Shown one piece after another: positions 9,066 through 17,960 of a DNA stretch of 64,000 bases (its first letter is position 1; each line of letters begins with the position of its first letter). The notes below the pieces were generated by a model, which did not search any database, was not told where the DNA came from, and saw only the letters and a list, made by a program, of their open reading frames with translations. The stretch covers positions 28,465-92,464 of IMG/VR virus record IMGVR_UViG_3300014913_000759; one strand, given 5' to 3'. The stretch comes from a virus. Made by a program: the position numbers and the translations under genes.

Positions 9066-10425
9066 GGTTTACTACTTTCTCCCCGTAGGGTATAAGCTGA
9101 TCAGTTATATCGGCCTCTTTGATAAGAAGCTTGGTCTTTTTAAATTTATAACTGATGCCTTGCTCTGGAGTCCTACCTCCACGCCTCGAATCCTTAATAA
9201 CCAGCTTCATCTGACCACTATTTGGGCCGGCGTCTTCTATTTCTTCCGGCGGACGCTCCATCCAATGCATTATTATGTCAGCAAACCAAGAAATTCTATC
9301 GCTGCCTGCGACGTCGCCATCTCTGTTGATCTGTGCTGCGGCGAAAAACGGAATGCTCAAACGACCTGCCAAATCCTTAAGTCTTGTAGTTACATCACCA
9401 AGAATCTGCCACTCTCTGCGGGCACGATCTATGCTGCTTGTGTCTGGTTCTTTAATGTAATCAAAGAAACCCACACCAATATTCTCTTTTATTTTATATT
9501 TCTTATACAACGCGGTCAACTTGTCTATTGAATAACCAGGCATGTGCTCATGGAAAAGCTTTCCTTTTTTAATTATTCGCACGCCTTGTTTGATTTTATT
9601 ATATGTCTCAGCGTCGTAACCACCGTGTTTAATAACACGCTCCTCCACACCAGTTAACATGGCAATTATTCTTGGTCGCCACTCTTCAAAGTTCATCTCT
9701 GTATCAACATATAGCACTGGGATCTGAAGCCTGTACGCTATGTGGGCAGCCACGTTGGATAAAAATGTACTTTTACCCATCTTTTTCCTGGCTGATATAA
9801 CCGTGAGTGTTCCGGGGACTAGACCATCAATTTGGAAATCCAAAATTCGATACCCAGTGGAGATACCACTCATCTCTACTGGATTGGATCTTCTTTCTTC
9901 TATGTAGTCCATCAAACCATCTGCCATGTCTCGTGGCTCTGCAATAGACTTGGCACGTGTGGAGAGATCCATAACCTTGGACTCTACTAACCCTATTAAA
10001 TCCTCGCTGGTTTTGCCGGTTTTAGCGTTCTCAGCGAGGGCATCCATGCTCATAAGCAGATCTCTGTGAAGTCTGTACTTGGTGCTGGACTCCATAACCG
10101 TATCTACATAGTGATTTAGATTCGCCTGCTCGAGGGGCATGTCAGCAATGCTTTCTATATAATCATACCCACCTATGTTTTTTAAAACACCGTTTGCTGT
10201 TGCTTCGTTCACAATGGTGGACACATCAAACTTTTCCAATCCACCCTTGTCGACCAGCATCTTAAGTATGGTATAAATTGCACGGTGGTCTGGATATAGA
10301 AAGTCGCTCTCTTCTACCTTAGAGCAGATCGTGTAAAAATTGTCTGCCCTTTTAATCGCATAACTCAGTAGAGCACGCTCATCGCCTGGCTTACAGAATA
10401 ATTCTCTTGCTTCTTCTGCCGTCAT
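9040..10425 (-). CDS. dnaB: DnaB-type replicative helicase
   Basis: 'ERALLS', 'GISTGY..LD', Walker A 'ARKKMGKS', 'DTEM', 'FFDYI', 'AQINR', 'DSRRG'. Confidence 0.93.
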   Translation of the reverse strand: MTAEEARELFCKPGDERALLSYAIKRADNFYTICSKVEESDFLYPDHRAIYTILKMLVDKGGLEKFDVSTIVNEATANGVLKNIGGYDYIESIADMPLEQANLNHYVDTVMESSTKYRLHRDLLMSMDALAENAKTGKTSEDLIGLVESKVMDLSTRAKSIAEPRDMADGLMDYIEERRSNPVEMSGISTGYRILDFQIDGLVPGTLTVISARKKMGKSTFLSNVAAHIAYRLQIPVLYVDTEMNFEEWRPRIIAMLTGVEERVIKHGGYDAETYNKIKQGVRIIKKGKLFHEHMPGYSIDKLTALYKKYKIKENIGVGFFDYIKEPDTSSIDRARREWQILGDVTTRLKDLAGRLSIPFFAAAQINRDGDVAGSDRISWFADIIMHWMERPPEEIEDAGPNSGQMKLVIKDSRRGGRTPEQGISYKFKKTKLLIKEADITDQLIPYGEKVVNHGSDEELK

Positions 10426-10892
10426 TATGAATACCTTTCTTTCCTGACCGTATAAAGCTCGTTCTCTCTCCTTGTTAGTTCACGTTTTAGTGTTGCAACA
10501 AGATCTGATATGGTTTTATCTATGCCTTCTACCAAAACCAACTCATCTCTTATGCTATTAATCGCCTTGCTTATAACTTTTAACGTGTCAGATGTATCTA
10601 TAATATGTATCGTCGCTGCTTGTTTAGTCTTACATTTCTTTAAAATCTCTTTGTTCTCCAAAATAATTTTATTTACTTCTGAGTCCAAAACTCTCTGTTT
10701 TTGATGCATATTAACTTTAGATTGATTTATCTCAGATCTAAAATATACTAAATACTGCGAAAGTGCTGTTGCATATTTGCTGACAGTGGCGCTGTCCAGC
10801 GTGTCTAATTTCCTAACGTCGAACGCCATTATTGATTCTATGTACTCAATATCTGGTTTTATATTCATATGTAACAACATTCCTTTATCCAT
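10425..10892 (-). CDS. Helical/coiled-coil protein, possibly a UvsY-like recombination mediator
   Basis: 155 aa with an amphipathic helical pattern, between recA and dnaB; function is inferred from position only. Confidence 0.5.
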   Translation of the reverse strand: MDKGMLLHMNIKPDIEYIESIMAFDVRKLDTLDSATVSKYATALSQYLVYFRSEINQSKVNMHQKQRVLDSEVNKIILENKEILKKCKTKQAATIHIIDTSDTLKVISKAINSIRDELVLVEGIDKTISDLVATLKRELTRRENELYTVRKERYS

Positions 10893-11173
10893 TATGACAC
10901 CTCTTCATCAACGCCTTGGATCTCGACATAACTTTCTGGATAGATTCCCGTACAAAAGTAATCAAACGCCTCTTCTCCGGTTTCCATGTCCCTGAACTTA
11001 TGCCAATGTGATATATACCCTTTTTTATTTCCGTCCATTTGTCGACAACCCAAAGAAAACTCGCAATATATTGGGTCGCCCGTCTTGGTTCCATCTTTTA
11101 ATGGGCACCAATCAGGACAGTCCTTACCGCGTTTAATTGGATCTCTTTCTTCTGGAATTAATATATTACTCAT
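10892..11173 (-). CDS. Small Cys-rich hypothetical protein
   Basis: 'CPDWCP...CEFSLGC...C'; overlaps both neighbours. Confidence 0.6.
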   Translation of the reverse strand: MSNILIPEERDPIKRGKDCPDWCPLKDGTKTGDPIYCEFSLGCRQMDGNKKGYISHWHKFRDMETGEEAFDYFCTGIYPESYVEIQGVDEEVS

Positions 11174-11519
11174 AGAACCCTTCCTCTAAGGCCATATACA
11201 GCTTGTGCCTTATTAATTCCTCTGTTATTTCTTCGTAGTGATGAAATCTCGTAAATGAGATATCATTCTCCTGTGCATACTCGATCTTAATATTGTCACG
11301 ATTTTTTTGTGCGATAAGTTTTTGCTTATCACCGTGAAAATACTTAATAAACCGAGTATGCTGTTCTCCTTGAACTTCTACTAGAATTCCAAGGTCTCGT
11401 ATAAAGAAATCAAAAAACAACTTCTCTCCCTTATACTTGACATAATACTCTTTTAAGATGACATTTCGAGGAAAAACTTTCCTGATCAGTTTGTAAACTT
11501 TGTCACTAATTCGACTCAT
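11166..11519 (-). CDS. DUF559/Vsr-like PD-(D/E)XK endonuclease
   Basis: 'LFFDFFI..LGILVEVQGEQH...RDNIK' pattern. Confidence 0.75.
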   Translation of the reverse strand: MSRISDKVYKLIRKVFPRNVILKEYYVKYKGEKLFFDFFIRDLGILVEVQGEQHTRFIKYFHGDKQKLIAQKNRDNIKIEYAQENDISFTRFHHYEEITEELIRHKLYMALEEGFYE

Positions 11520-12564
11520 AATACTCCTTTAAACCAGTCATGAAAATAATTTTTTCTCTTATGTCCTCGTACAGATCTGTGTCTTCTTTCAATAATTCCT
11601 TGACATTCTCCTCACCTTGACCAAGCTTTCGATCACCATAACTATACCAAGAACCGTTTCTATCGATGATACCAAGACTTATTCCCAACGTGAGTGCCTC
11701 CCAATGCAAGTCAAAGCCCTTGCCGTAAATCAAAGGGACTTGTGCCTTCCTATAAGGAGGTGCTAGTTTGTTCTTTACTACTTCAATCTTAGAGTGGTGG
11801 CCAATGGCTTCACCAGAGACGGGATCTATAATTCTATTGGACTTATATTCGGCTCCCTTAATAGATATCCGGCCTGTTGCGAAGAAAGGAAGCGCTTCGC
11901 CGCCGGTTGGAGTTTCTGGATTGCCCATACCTCCAACCTTATATCGGATTTGGTTGATAAAAATAACAAGTGTGTTTGTTTCATTAGCAATAGGTGTAAT
12001 TTTTCTTAGTGCCTTGCTCATGAGGCGTGCGTGTAAGCCGATGAATGTATCATCCATATCGCCTTCCGCTTCTGCCTTTGGAATTAATGCACTTACAGAG
12101 TCGATTACCACCAAATCTACTGATGATGTCTTTAGGAGCGTTTCAGCCGCGTCAAGATTGTCCTCACCTGAATAGCCTTGAACAACGAGAATATCATCCA
12201 AGTTAGCCCCCATTTTCTTAACCAATGATGGGTCTAATGCGTGTTCAGCATCTATAATAGCAGTGATTAGGCCACGGTTCTGTGCTTCGATCAGTGTGTG
12301 TAGTGCTAATGTGGTTTTTCCGCCAGATGGATTACCATAAATCTCATAAACTCTTCCTCTTGCCATCCCACCTCTTCCCAAAGCTATGTCCACGCTTAAA
12401 CTGCCTGTGGATATAGTAGGGATGATCATATCACTATGATCACTAAGATAGCTTACAATGCTCCCATACTTCTTCTGTATCGCTTTTTTGGCGATGTCAA
12501 AACCAGTTGGGGTTTTGGCAGCGGAGCCCTTCGGCTCCGCCGCTGCTTTCTTCTTTTTAGGCAT
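11506..12564 (-). CDS. recA: RecA recombinase
   Basis: 'ISTGSLSVDIALG', 'YGNPSGGKTT', 'DAEHALD', 'VIDSVSAL', 'ARLMSKALRK', 'FINQIR', 'VVKNKLAPP', 'GQG'. Confidence 0.97.
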   Translation of the reverse strand: MPKKKKAAAEPKGSAAKTPTGFDIAKKAIQKKYGSIVSYLSDHSDMIIPTISTGSLSVDIALGRGGMARGRVYEIYGNPSGGKTTLALHTLIEAQNRGLITAIIDAEHALDPSLVKKMGANLDDILVVQGYSGEDNLDAAETLLKTSSVDLVVIDSVSALIPKAEAEGDMDDTFIGLHARLMSKALRKITPIANETNTLVIFINQIRYKVGGMGNPETPTGGEALPFFATGRISIKGAEYKSNRIIDPVSGEAIGHHSKIEVVKNKLAPPYRKAQVPLIYGKGFDLHWEALTLGISLGIIDRNGSWYSYGDRKLGQGEENVKELLKEDTDLYEDIREKIIFMTGLKEYYESN

Positions 12565-12578
12565 TTAGGGTATGCTCC

Positions 12579-13427
12579 TTATTCGCCTTTACCAGCTTCG
12601 TCACGAGAGGTGTCGATAGCCATGGTATGCTCGTCTCTATCTCTTTTACTCTTTCTCATATCGGCGCACTTCACGGATGTGTAGTTGTCGTCGAACAAGA
12701 AATTGAACACCTGATCTTCCAAGAAGCTGTAGATCGAGGTGATCGGAATAAAATAGGAAAGATGCGTGATAGCATCAGCGGAGAAGCCGCCCATGTTAAC
12801 AGCGATTCTACTTGGAATACCGATAAATTCATACGTATCGGCCAAGTAAAGTGATCCACCAGAATTTCCGTAGATCGTAGGAGCAGTAGACAACCAATAT
12901 GGATAGTTGTCGATGATGTCAGTAAAACCTGTGAGATTACCCTTGGTCGCCAGCGGTGGATGCCCCATGCCACAACCAACAGCGTAAACGTCCATAAACA
13001 TCTTAAGACGTTTTTTGTGTTCGTCTTTAGGGAACACGGTCGCTACAAACTCAAAAGGCTTGGTGCTTCTTACCCTGAGCAACGCGAGGTCCATGTCCTT
13101 ATCGTAACACATAATTTCCGCTTTGTAGGCACTGTGGCCACTTTCCCAAGAACCGTACTCAAAATCAAACAACTCTACCGTACAGTCGGCCAGGACGTCA
13201 GTCTTGACCTCTCTCTTAAGTAGTGTGCTCCACTTCTTCTCAACGCGAATATTGTCGTTGATGACGTGGCAATTTGTCAGAACATAAGTTTCATGTCCTT
13301 CTTCGGGGCTCCCTTCAGGAACTGGTTTACTATAAATGACCGTACCAGAGCCGCCGGCCTTGTCAGTTCTTACTCTAACCGTCGGATAGAGTAGATTTTC
13401 ATGTCTCTCTTTCAAAAGATCGTCCAT
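12579..13427 (-). CDS. Trypsin-like (S1) serine protease, no signal peptide or PDZ domain
   Basis: Triad motifs 'LTNCHV' (His), 'DLALL' (Asp), 'GNSGG' (Ser). Confidence 0.9.
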   Translation of the reverse strand: MDDLLKERHENLLYPTVRVRTDKAGGSGTVIYSKPVPEGSPEEGHETYVLTNCHVINDNIRVEKKWSTLLKREVKTDVLADCTVELFDFEYGSWESGHSAYKAEIMCYDKDMDLALLRVRSTKPFEFVATVFPKDEHKKRLKMFMDVYAVGCGMGHPPLATKGNLTGFTDIIDNYPYWLSTAPTIYGNSGGSLYLADTYEFIGIPSRIAVNMGGFSADAITHLSYFIPITSIYSFLEDQVFNFLFDDNYTSVKCADMRKSKRDRDEHTMAIDTSRDEAGKGE

Positions 13428-13442
13428 AGTGTTCTCCTTTCA

Positions 13443-14048
13443 TTAATCCAAATTTCTTTCAATTTCATCCAAATCCCCGAAGCCGTCTGGCTCGGCATCG
13501 TATACTTTTTCCAAGTCTTCGATGTATTTCTTCCTCCTTTCTTCAGCGGTTTTTAGTTTGTTCTTATTTATTATCTGTATCGCTTTATCAGTTATCCAAC
13601 CACAATTCTTTTGACCCAATATACCAAACGATATAGGAACAGTAAAATTAAACTCAGCTTCGTGATTAAAAATAGTGTCTATTATTTCGGCACACTCTTG
13701 AAGAGCGGCCTTGAAACCATAACCACAAGCATCCATTCTAGATTTCACCAAAGCGCTGGCAAGTTTTCTGTGTTGTGCAAGATTTCTGTAACTGGTTTTC
13801 AGCTCAGGATGGAGCCTGTCAGATAAACCATAGAAATGAAATATAAGATCATCCAATTTACTTATATTTGTGTGTGTTGGCTTGTCTGGTTCGACTACCT
13901 TAAACCCTTTGTACCTTAGATACTTTACACAGGCCTGCGACAACACTTTGTGCTTCTCTTCCACACTAGTGAACAAAGCACCTTGCTCCAGATCTTTAAG
14001 GGCCTCGGAAATTTCTTCTAAGATTACCTCAAGTGGTTTTTTGGCCAC
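13443..14048 (-). CDS. Hypothetical protein in the replication cluster
   Basis: 201-aa ORF, GTG start, in the operon; no recognisable motif. Confidence 0.7.
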   Translation of the reverse strand: MAKKPLEVILEEISEALKDLEQGALFTSVEEKHKVLSQACVKYLRYKGFKVVEPDKPTHTNISKLDDLIFHFYGLSDRLHPELKTSYRNLAQHRKLASALVKSRMDACGYGFKAALQECAEIIDTIFNHEAEFNFTVPISFGILGQKNCGWITDKAIQIINKNKLKTAEERRKKYIEDLEKVYDAEPDGFGDLDEIERNLD

Positions 14049-14050
14049 GG

Positions 14051-15181
14051 CTATCTCCTCCTGATTGGTGTAATCAGGGCTTTCTGATCCTGGAAATTGC
14101 CGGAATCAAATATAAAAACGCCTTTTTCGTCTGAGAATTTTATGAGTACTTTATCGTCATTGATGGCTTCTACTGTTTGATAGAGGAACTTACCATTAAT
14201 ATCGATAACAAATCCTTGTGTGTACTCAACATCAAAATCACATTCGAAGCTGGCGTCATCATTGTACAGCTTTATTTTTCCATTTTGAATCTCAAATGTT
14301 AATCGATGATTATCATCACTATTTAACAGCTCTGTGAACGGAGAGATCACGCCCATCAAAGCCTCCTTGTCTGCCGAGATGGTGTGCTCAAAAGTATCCA
14401 GAACCTGTTTATACTGCGGATAGTCCTGACCAATAACCAACCAACCATGAAAAACCACGTCTTCAAACTTGGCTTTTATTTCTCGGCCATCTATCTCAAA
14501 AAATATCTGTGTCTCCTCACCCAAGGCTCTCCTCAAACCCATTATAAAATCGTATCTTAGAATAAAACTTTTGCCAACTAGGTCATTGTTATTCTTAACA
14601 GAATACTCCGAAAGAATACGGCCGTTGGTGCCACAAAAATAGATGTCATCCTCACTAAAAGAAACACTCATTCCTTGGATAAACGTCCTCTGCTCTGTCG
14701 GATCCATCGCATAAATAACTTTGCTGACTGCTTTTTTAAAGATACTTGAATTTAGAATGAAGTTTGCTTTGCCGAATGGCTTAGGCTTTTGCAGTCTCAT
14801 GTCGTTGAAGGTGTCTAACTTCAGGCTTCCTCGGGACTTCTTTCCGTTCTCATGGACAGTCTTGACTGTGACTTTAAGATGCTCATCATAAACAAAACGC
14901 ACATCTTTGGTGCCATATTCGCCGTCCCATGGAGTAAAAGAACTTGCAAAAGACTTGATCTTACCATAAAGGGTGGTAACAGAGCCAGGCTTGCTGACCT
15001 CTGCCTTTTCGGAGAGAACCGTGATGGCCGTAGAGCTATTATTCGAGACAAAAAGGACGGTATTGTCCTCTTTGGCCTCAATAAAAACTTGACCGGTAAA
15101 GTCGTTGACATTGACTTTAGCGGTCACGGCTAACAACCTAATAATCCTCTGTAACTCCTTAGTCTCAATACAAAAATCCAT
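14051..15181 (-). CDS. dnaN: DNA polymerase III beta sliding clamp
   Basis: About 376 aa, 'GTNGRILS', 'GQDYPQYKQV', 'IDINGKFLYQ', C-terminal 'ALITPIR'. The ATG at 15181 is better spaced from the GAAAGGA Shine-Dalgarno than the GTG at 15187. Confidence 0.88.
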   Translation of the reverse strand: MDFCIETKELQRIIRLLAVTAKVNVNDFTGQVFIEAKEDNTVLFVSNNSSTAITVLSEKAEVSKPGSVTTLYGKIKSFASSFTPWDGEYGTKDVRFVYDEHLKVTVKTVHENGKKSRGSLKLDTFNDMRLQKPKPFGKANFILNSSIFKKAVSKVIYAMDPTEQRTFIQGMSVSFSEDDIYFCGTNGRILSEYSVKNNNDLVGKSFILRYDFIMGLRRALGEETQIFFEIDGREIKAKFEDVVFHGWLVIGQDYPQYKQVLDTFEHTISADKEALMGVISPFTELLNSDDNHRLTFEIQNGKIKLYNDDASFECDFDVEYTQGFVIDINGKFLYQTVEAINDDKVLIKFSDEKGVFIFDSGNFQDQKALITPIRRR

Positions 15182-15199
15182 GCTCACAAATCCTTTCTC

Positions 15200-15235
15200 T
15201 ATCGTTGTCTTCTACCTTAATAAGGTTAGTTTATT
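15200..15235 (-). promoter_or_regulatory. Conserved bipartite motif copy 1 (AATAA-NN-TAACC-N9-TAGAAGACAACGATA), candidate phage-specific promoter/operator
   Basis: Near-identical copy at 58090-58126; lies immediately 5' of the dnaN Shine-Dalgarno; contains the palindrome ACCTTA-A-TAAGGT (15214-15226). Confidence 0.55.
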
Positions 15236-15250
15236 CGTGCCCTTATCTAC

Positions 15251-15278
15251 ATTATAAGCATAATTCGACTTTTGTCAA
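15251..15278 (-). promoter_or_regulatory. Sigma70-type promoter for the replication module
   Basis: Minus strand TTGACA (15278-15273), 16 nt spacer, TATAAT (15256-15251), both perfect consensus; A/T tracts upstream (15283-15314) resemble an UP element. Confidence 0.85.
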
Positions 15279-15332
15279 GGGCTTTTTTAATTTTTTTTTA
15301 AAAAAAATTTAAAACACTAACCCATGGTTTAA

Positions 15333-15360
15333 AACATAATACAGGATTTGTATTTGTCAA
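15333..15360 (-). promoter_or_regulatory. Second, upstream sigma70-type promoter
   Basis: TTGACA (15360-15355), 16 nt spacer, TATGTT (15338-15333). Confidence 0.55.
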
Positions 15361-15368
15361 GAAAAATT

Positions 15369-17960
15369 TTAAACAAATTCAGCCCGGTCATCATAACCCA
15401 AGATGAATTTCTGTGGTTGCGGTGAAATTGAGGCAGATAGGCCGTCGTTTTCAGGCGTGAAATACTTCGGAACTATACGGCATGCCAGGTCTGAGTATGT
15501 TCCGACGGCCTTAATCATACTTGATAGTTCTGCGGAGTCATAAGACGTTACATAGTGTATGGCAAAACGTATAGCCTCATCTAAATTGTTAAACTTGGAA
15601 AGGTCGTATAGTGTCTTGAGACGGTGGAGTTTCCTTCTGACATTAAGTTCGATATCTTCAGGTATATATGAGGCCACGTCTATTTTCCATCTATTAGTGA
15701 TGTCATATTTATATACTTTATTTTCGGCCTCTACCCAGAAATACTCAGGAACTATAGTCTGGAAATAGAGCTCCACCACATTATACCAATTGACCTGCTT
15801 GGCATGATTCAAATCATAAACCAGCTCCCTAACTTTAATATTATCAAACTCATACTCTTGTAACCATACCGGTGTTAATGTAGCACCCATATCGGTGTAC
15901 ACATATGTTCCAGTTATAGTGGCAGACAGGTAGGCACGTTGTTTATAAACATCTATAACTATAGGTATTTTATCCTCAATTCTATAACCCGTACCTATAG
16001 TTAAGGACACCGGTATTCTATCTGCGTGTACATATGAGGCGGCGTAACCCACCGTTGCTCCAAGGTTGGCTTCGTATGTTGGAATATCTTTTCCTGTTAT
16101 CTGTGCTGCCAACTCTTTGAGATATGAAAACTCCATTGTTGCACTCATATCCTTGTGGCCCGAGCCTCTGCATATGAAGTTTATTATACCTCCCAAATTG
16201 GAATGTTCCATAGTAACAACAGACAATGCTGCCGTCATAAATATCATCTTTGGATTAATAAACGCAGACAAAGATCTTGTGTAGCCTTGTGGTGTCAAAT
16301 AGGCACCTAAATTTCCAGGACTATGTGCCGCTATAGATAGTGCCAAATCGCCCTGCTGCATGAGAATTGTCGCTGGGTAGAGATATGCTGTTAAGTCTGA
16401 GGACACCTCTACTGCCTTCGCTGCCTTTATATATGCCGGCAAATCTTTAGGTTCACCGGTGATATTTATATAAGCTTGTAGATCATTTGGGCCATATTTA
16501 CCATTAAGATATGCTGGCAGGTCTTTCGTGTCCCAACCATGGATAAATCCTGACAGGTCTTCCGGCTCTATACAAAACACGTATGCTGTCAAATTCTCAA
16601 GATACGTTCCTCGAATGTAACCACTAAGGCCTTCATATTGCAGCGCTCTAATCCAACCGGCTAGATCGAACGTGGCCTCTCTAACCCACCCTTTAATAAG
16701 TGCTGTAATGTTTTTAGGTGGATGTGCGGCTACGTACGCTGGCAACTGGCGCATGTCGTTCCAGTCTATAAATGCGCCTAGATCAGACTGCTGCCAACCA
16801 TGAATATGGCCAGGAAGATGACCCATTGGCCACACCTTCAAATAGCCCGGCAAATCCTGTGGCGGTACTGGGTGTAGCTCCGCTGGAAGGTCGATGTACT
16901 GTAGCGCATTCAAGAAAGCAGGAAGATCTGCATCTCCTGGGTACATCTGTCTTAAGAAACCACCCAGATCTCGGAATTCTCTAGGCTGCGCAAAGATATA
17001 TGCTGGCAAATCTTCAGAGAAAATTTTAGAAATTATAGCTCCCAAGAAATCAACACACCTATAGCGCTGCCTACCTTGTACGTACTGCGGTACGCCATCA
17101 TCATAACCTATAAAATAGGCTTTAGGCGTCAGTGCCTGACAGTAAGAACCAACAACACTTGCTCCAAGGCTGCTGGGGTGCGTTACTCCGCCAACAATAT
17201 TAGCCGTTAAATCTCTATATTCACTAAATATTTCATGACCTGCTATGATAAAAGAGCCCAGATCAGCCTGAGAGGATGTCCAGCCTCTAATCGTACTTGG
17301 TAAATCTTCTTGTGATGTTTTCCAAGCTCTTATGAAAGCAGGCAAAAAATCAACACATCTGTATATTGGCCTGCCACCCAGGAACTGCGGAACACCTTCA
17401 TCGTATCCTATAAAATACTGCTTTGGTGAGAGTTGCTGACAACGTACACCCGTTATAGCGGTTGTCATGCCACCTATAACCCCGTACTCCGCGCCTCTAA
17501 TGAACCCTGACAAATCTTTTTGGCCGTGAAAAAACTCCTCTTCTAAACCGGTAATCTCGGCTGTTATATCTTTTGTGGATTGCTGTAAAGAGCGCAGTCT
17601 TGCCGACAGAAAATCAACACATCTAAATTCCTGTTTAGTTTCTAAGAATTGTGGCTCGCCACTGTCATAACCTATAAAATAGCTCTTGGGGCCAAGCGAC
17701 TGACATCTCACAGCCGCTATTGATGCGGTTAAATTGCTTGGTAGGTGGCCTGTGATTGAGGAGCCAAGCGAGCCTTGTGCCGTAATGGTAGAATATCCTA
17801 AAATAGACGCGCCTAGATTGCCATGACTATATAGTCCTGCATCGCCTGCAGGATAGAGCTTCTGGTATGAGCCATCCTTAAGTGCCCATCTAAGCACCTG
17901 GGAACCAGAATAGCCAGCAGGAAAGATCTTAGGGTATGTAGTTTGTCCTAATATTGGCAT
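15369..17960 (-). CDS. Repeat-rich fibre-like virion protein (DLxAxI repeats)
   Basis: About 40 copies (by eye) of (D/N)-L-x-(A/G)-x-(I/L), with a 12-aa period in the middle, plus three Cys-bounded inserts. Confidence 0.75.
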   Translation of the reverse strand: MPILGQTTYPKIFPAGYSGSQVLRWALKDGSYQKLYPAGDAGLYSHGNLGASILGYSTITAQGSLGSSITGHLPSNLTASIAAVRCQSLGPKSYFIGYDSGEPQFLETKQEFRCVDFLSARLRSLQQSTKDITAEITGLEEEFFHGQKDLSGFIRGAEYGVIGGMTTAITGVRCQQLSPKQYFIGYDEGVPQFLGGRPIYRCVDFLPAFIRAWKTSQEDLPSTIRGWTSSQADLGSFIIAGHEIFSEYRDLTANIVGGVTHPSSLGASVVGSYCQALTPKAYFIGYDDGVPQYVQGRQRYRCVDFLGAIISKIFSEDLPAYIFAQPREFRDLGGFLRQMYPGDADLPAFLNALQYIDLPAELHPVPPQDLPGYLKVWPMGHLPGHIHGWQQSDLGAFIDWNDMRQLPAYVAAHPPKNITALIKGWVREATFDLAGWIRALQYEGLSGYIRGTYLENLTAYVFCIEPEDLSGFIHGWDTKDLPAYLNGKYGPNDLQAYINITGEPKDLPAYIKAAKAVEVSSDLTAYLYPATILMQQGDLALSIAAHSPGNLGAYLTPQGYTRSLSAFINPKMIFMTAALSVVTMEHSNLGGIINFICRGSGHKDMSATMEFSYLKELAAQITGKDIPTYEANLGATVGYAASYVHADRIPVSLTIGTGYRIEDKIPIVIDVYKQRAYLSATITGTYVYTDMGATLTPVWLQEYEFDNIKVRELVYDLNHAKQVNWYNVVELYFQTIVPEYFWVEAENKVYKYDITNRWKIDVASYIPEDIELNVRRKLHRLKTLYDLSKFNNLDEAIRFAIHYVTSYDSAELSSMIKAVGTYSDLACRIVPKYFTPENDGLSASISPQPQKFILGYDDRAEFV
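17043..17712 (-). repeat. Three diverged copies of an approximately 105-bp coding repeat (CQxLxPKxYFIGYDxGxPQ...RCVDFL)
   Basis: Copies at about 17043-17150, 17343-17450 and 17608-17712 share 'aaatcaacaca' and 'cctataaaata' at DNA level. Confidence 0.8.

Noticed and set aside
6107-15181. Bacterial chromosome housekeeping region
   Set aside because: The genes are divergent, packed in a phage-like order with orphans, and contiguous with tape-measure/baseplate-like genes; no rRNA, ribosomal protein or typical chromosomal context.
15281-15314. Rho-independent terminator at the end of the structural operon
   Set aside because: The T9/A8 tract has no GC-rich stem; it is better explained as a promoter UP/AT-rich element.
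17043-17712. Template/variable repeats of a diversity-generating retroelement
   Set aside because: The copies are in-frame, differ at all base types rather than only adenines, and no reverse transcriptase is in the window.
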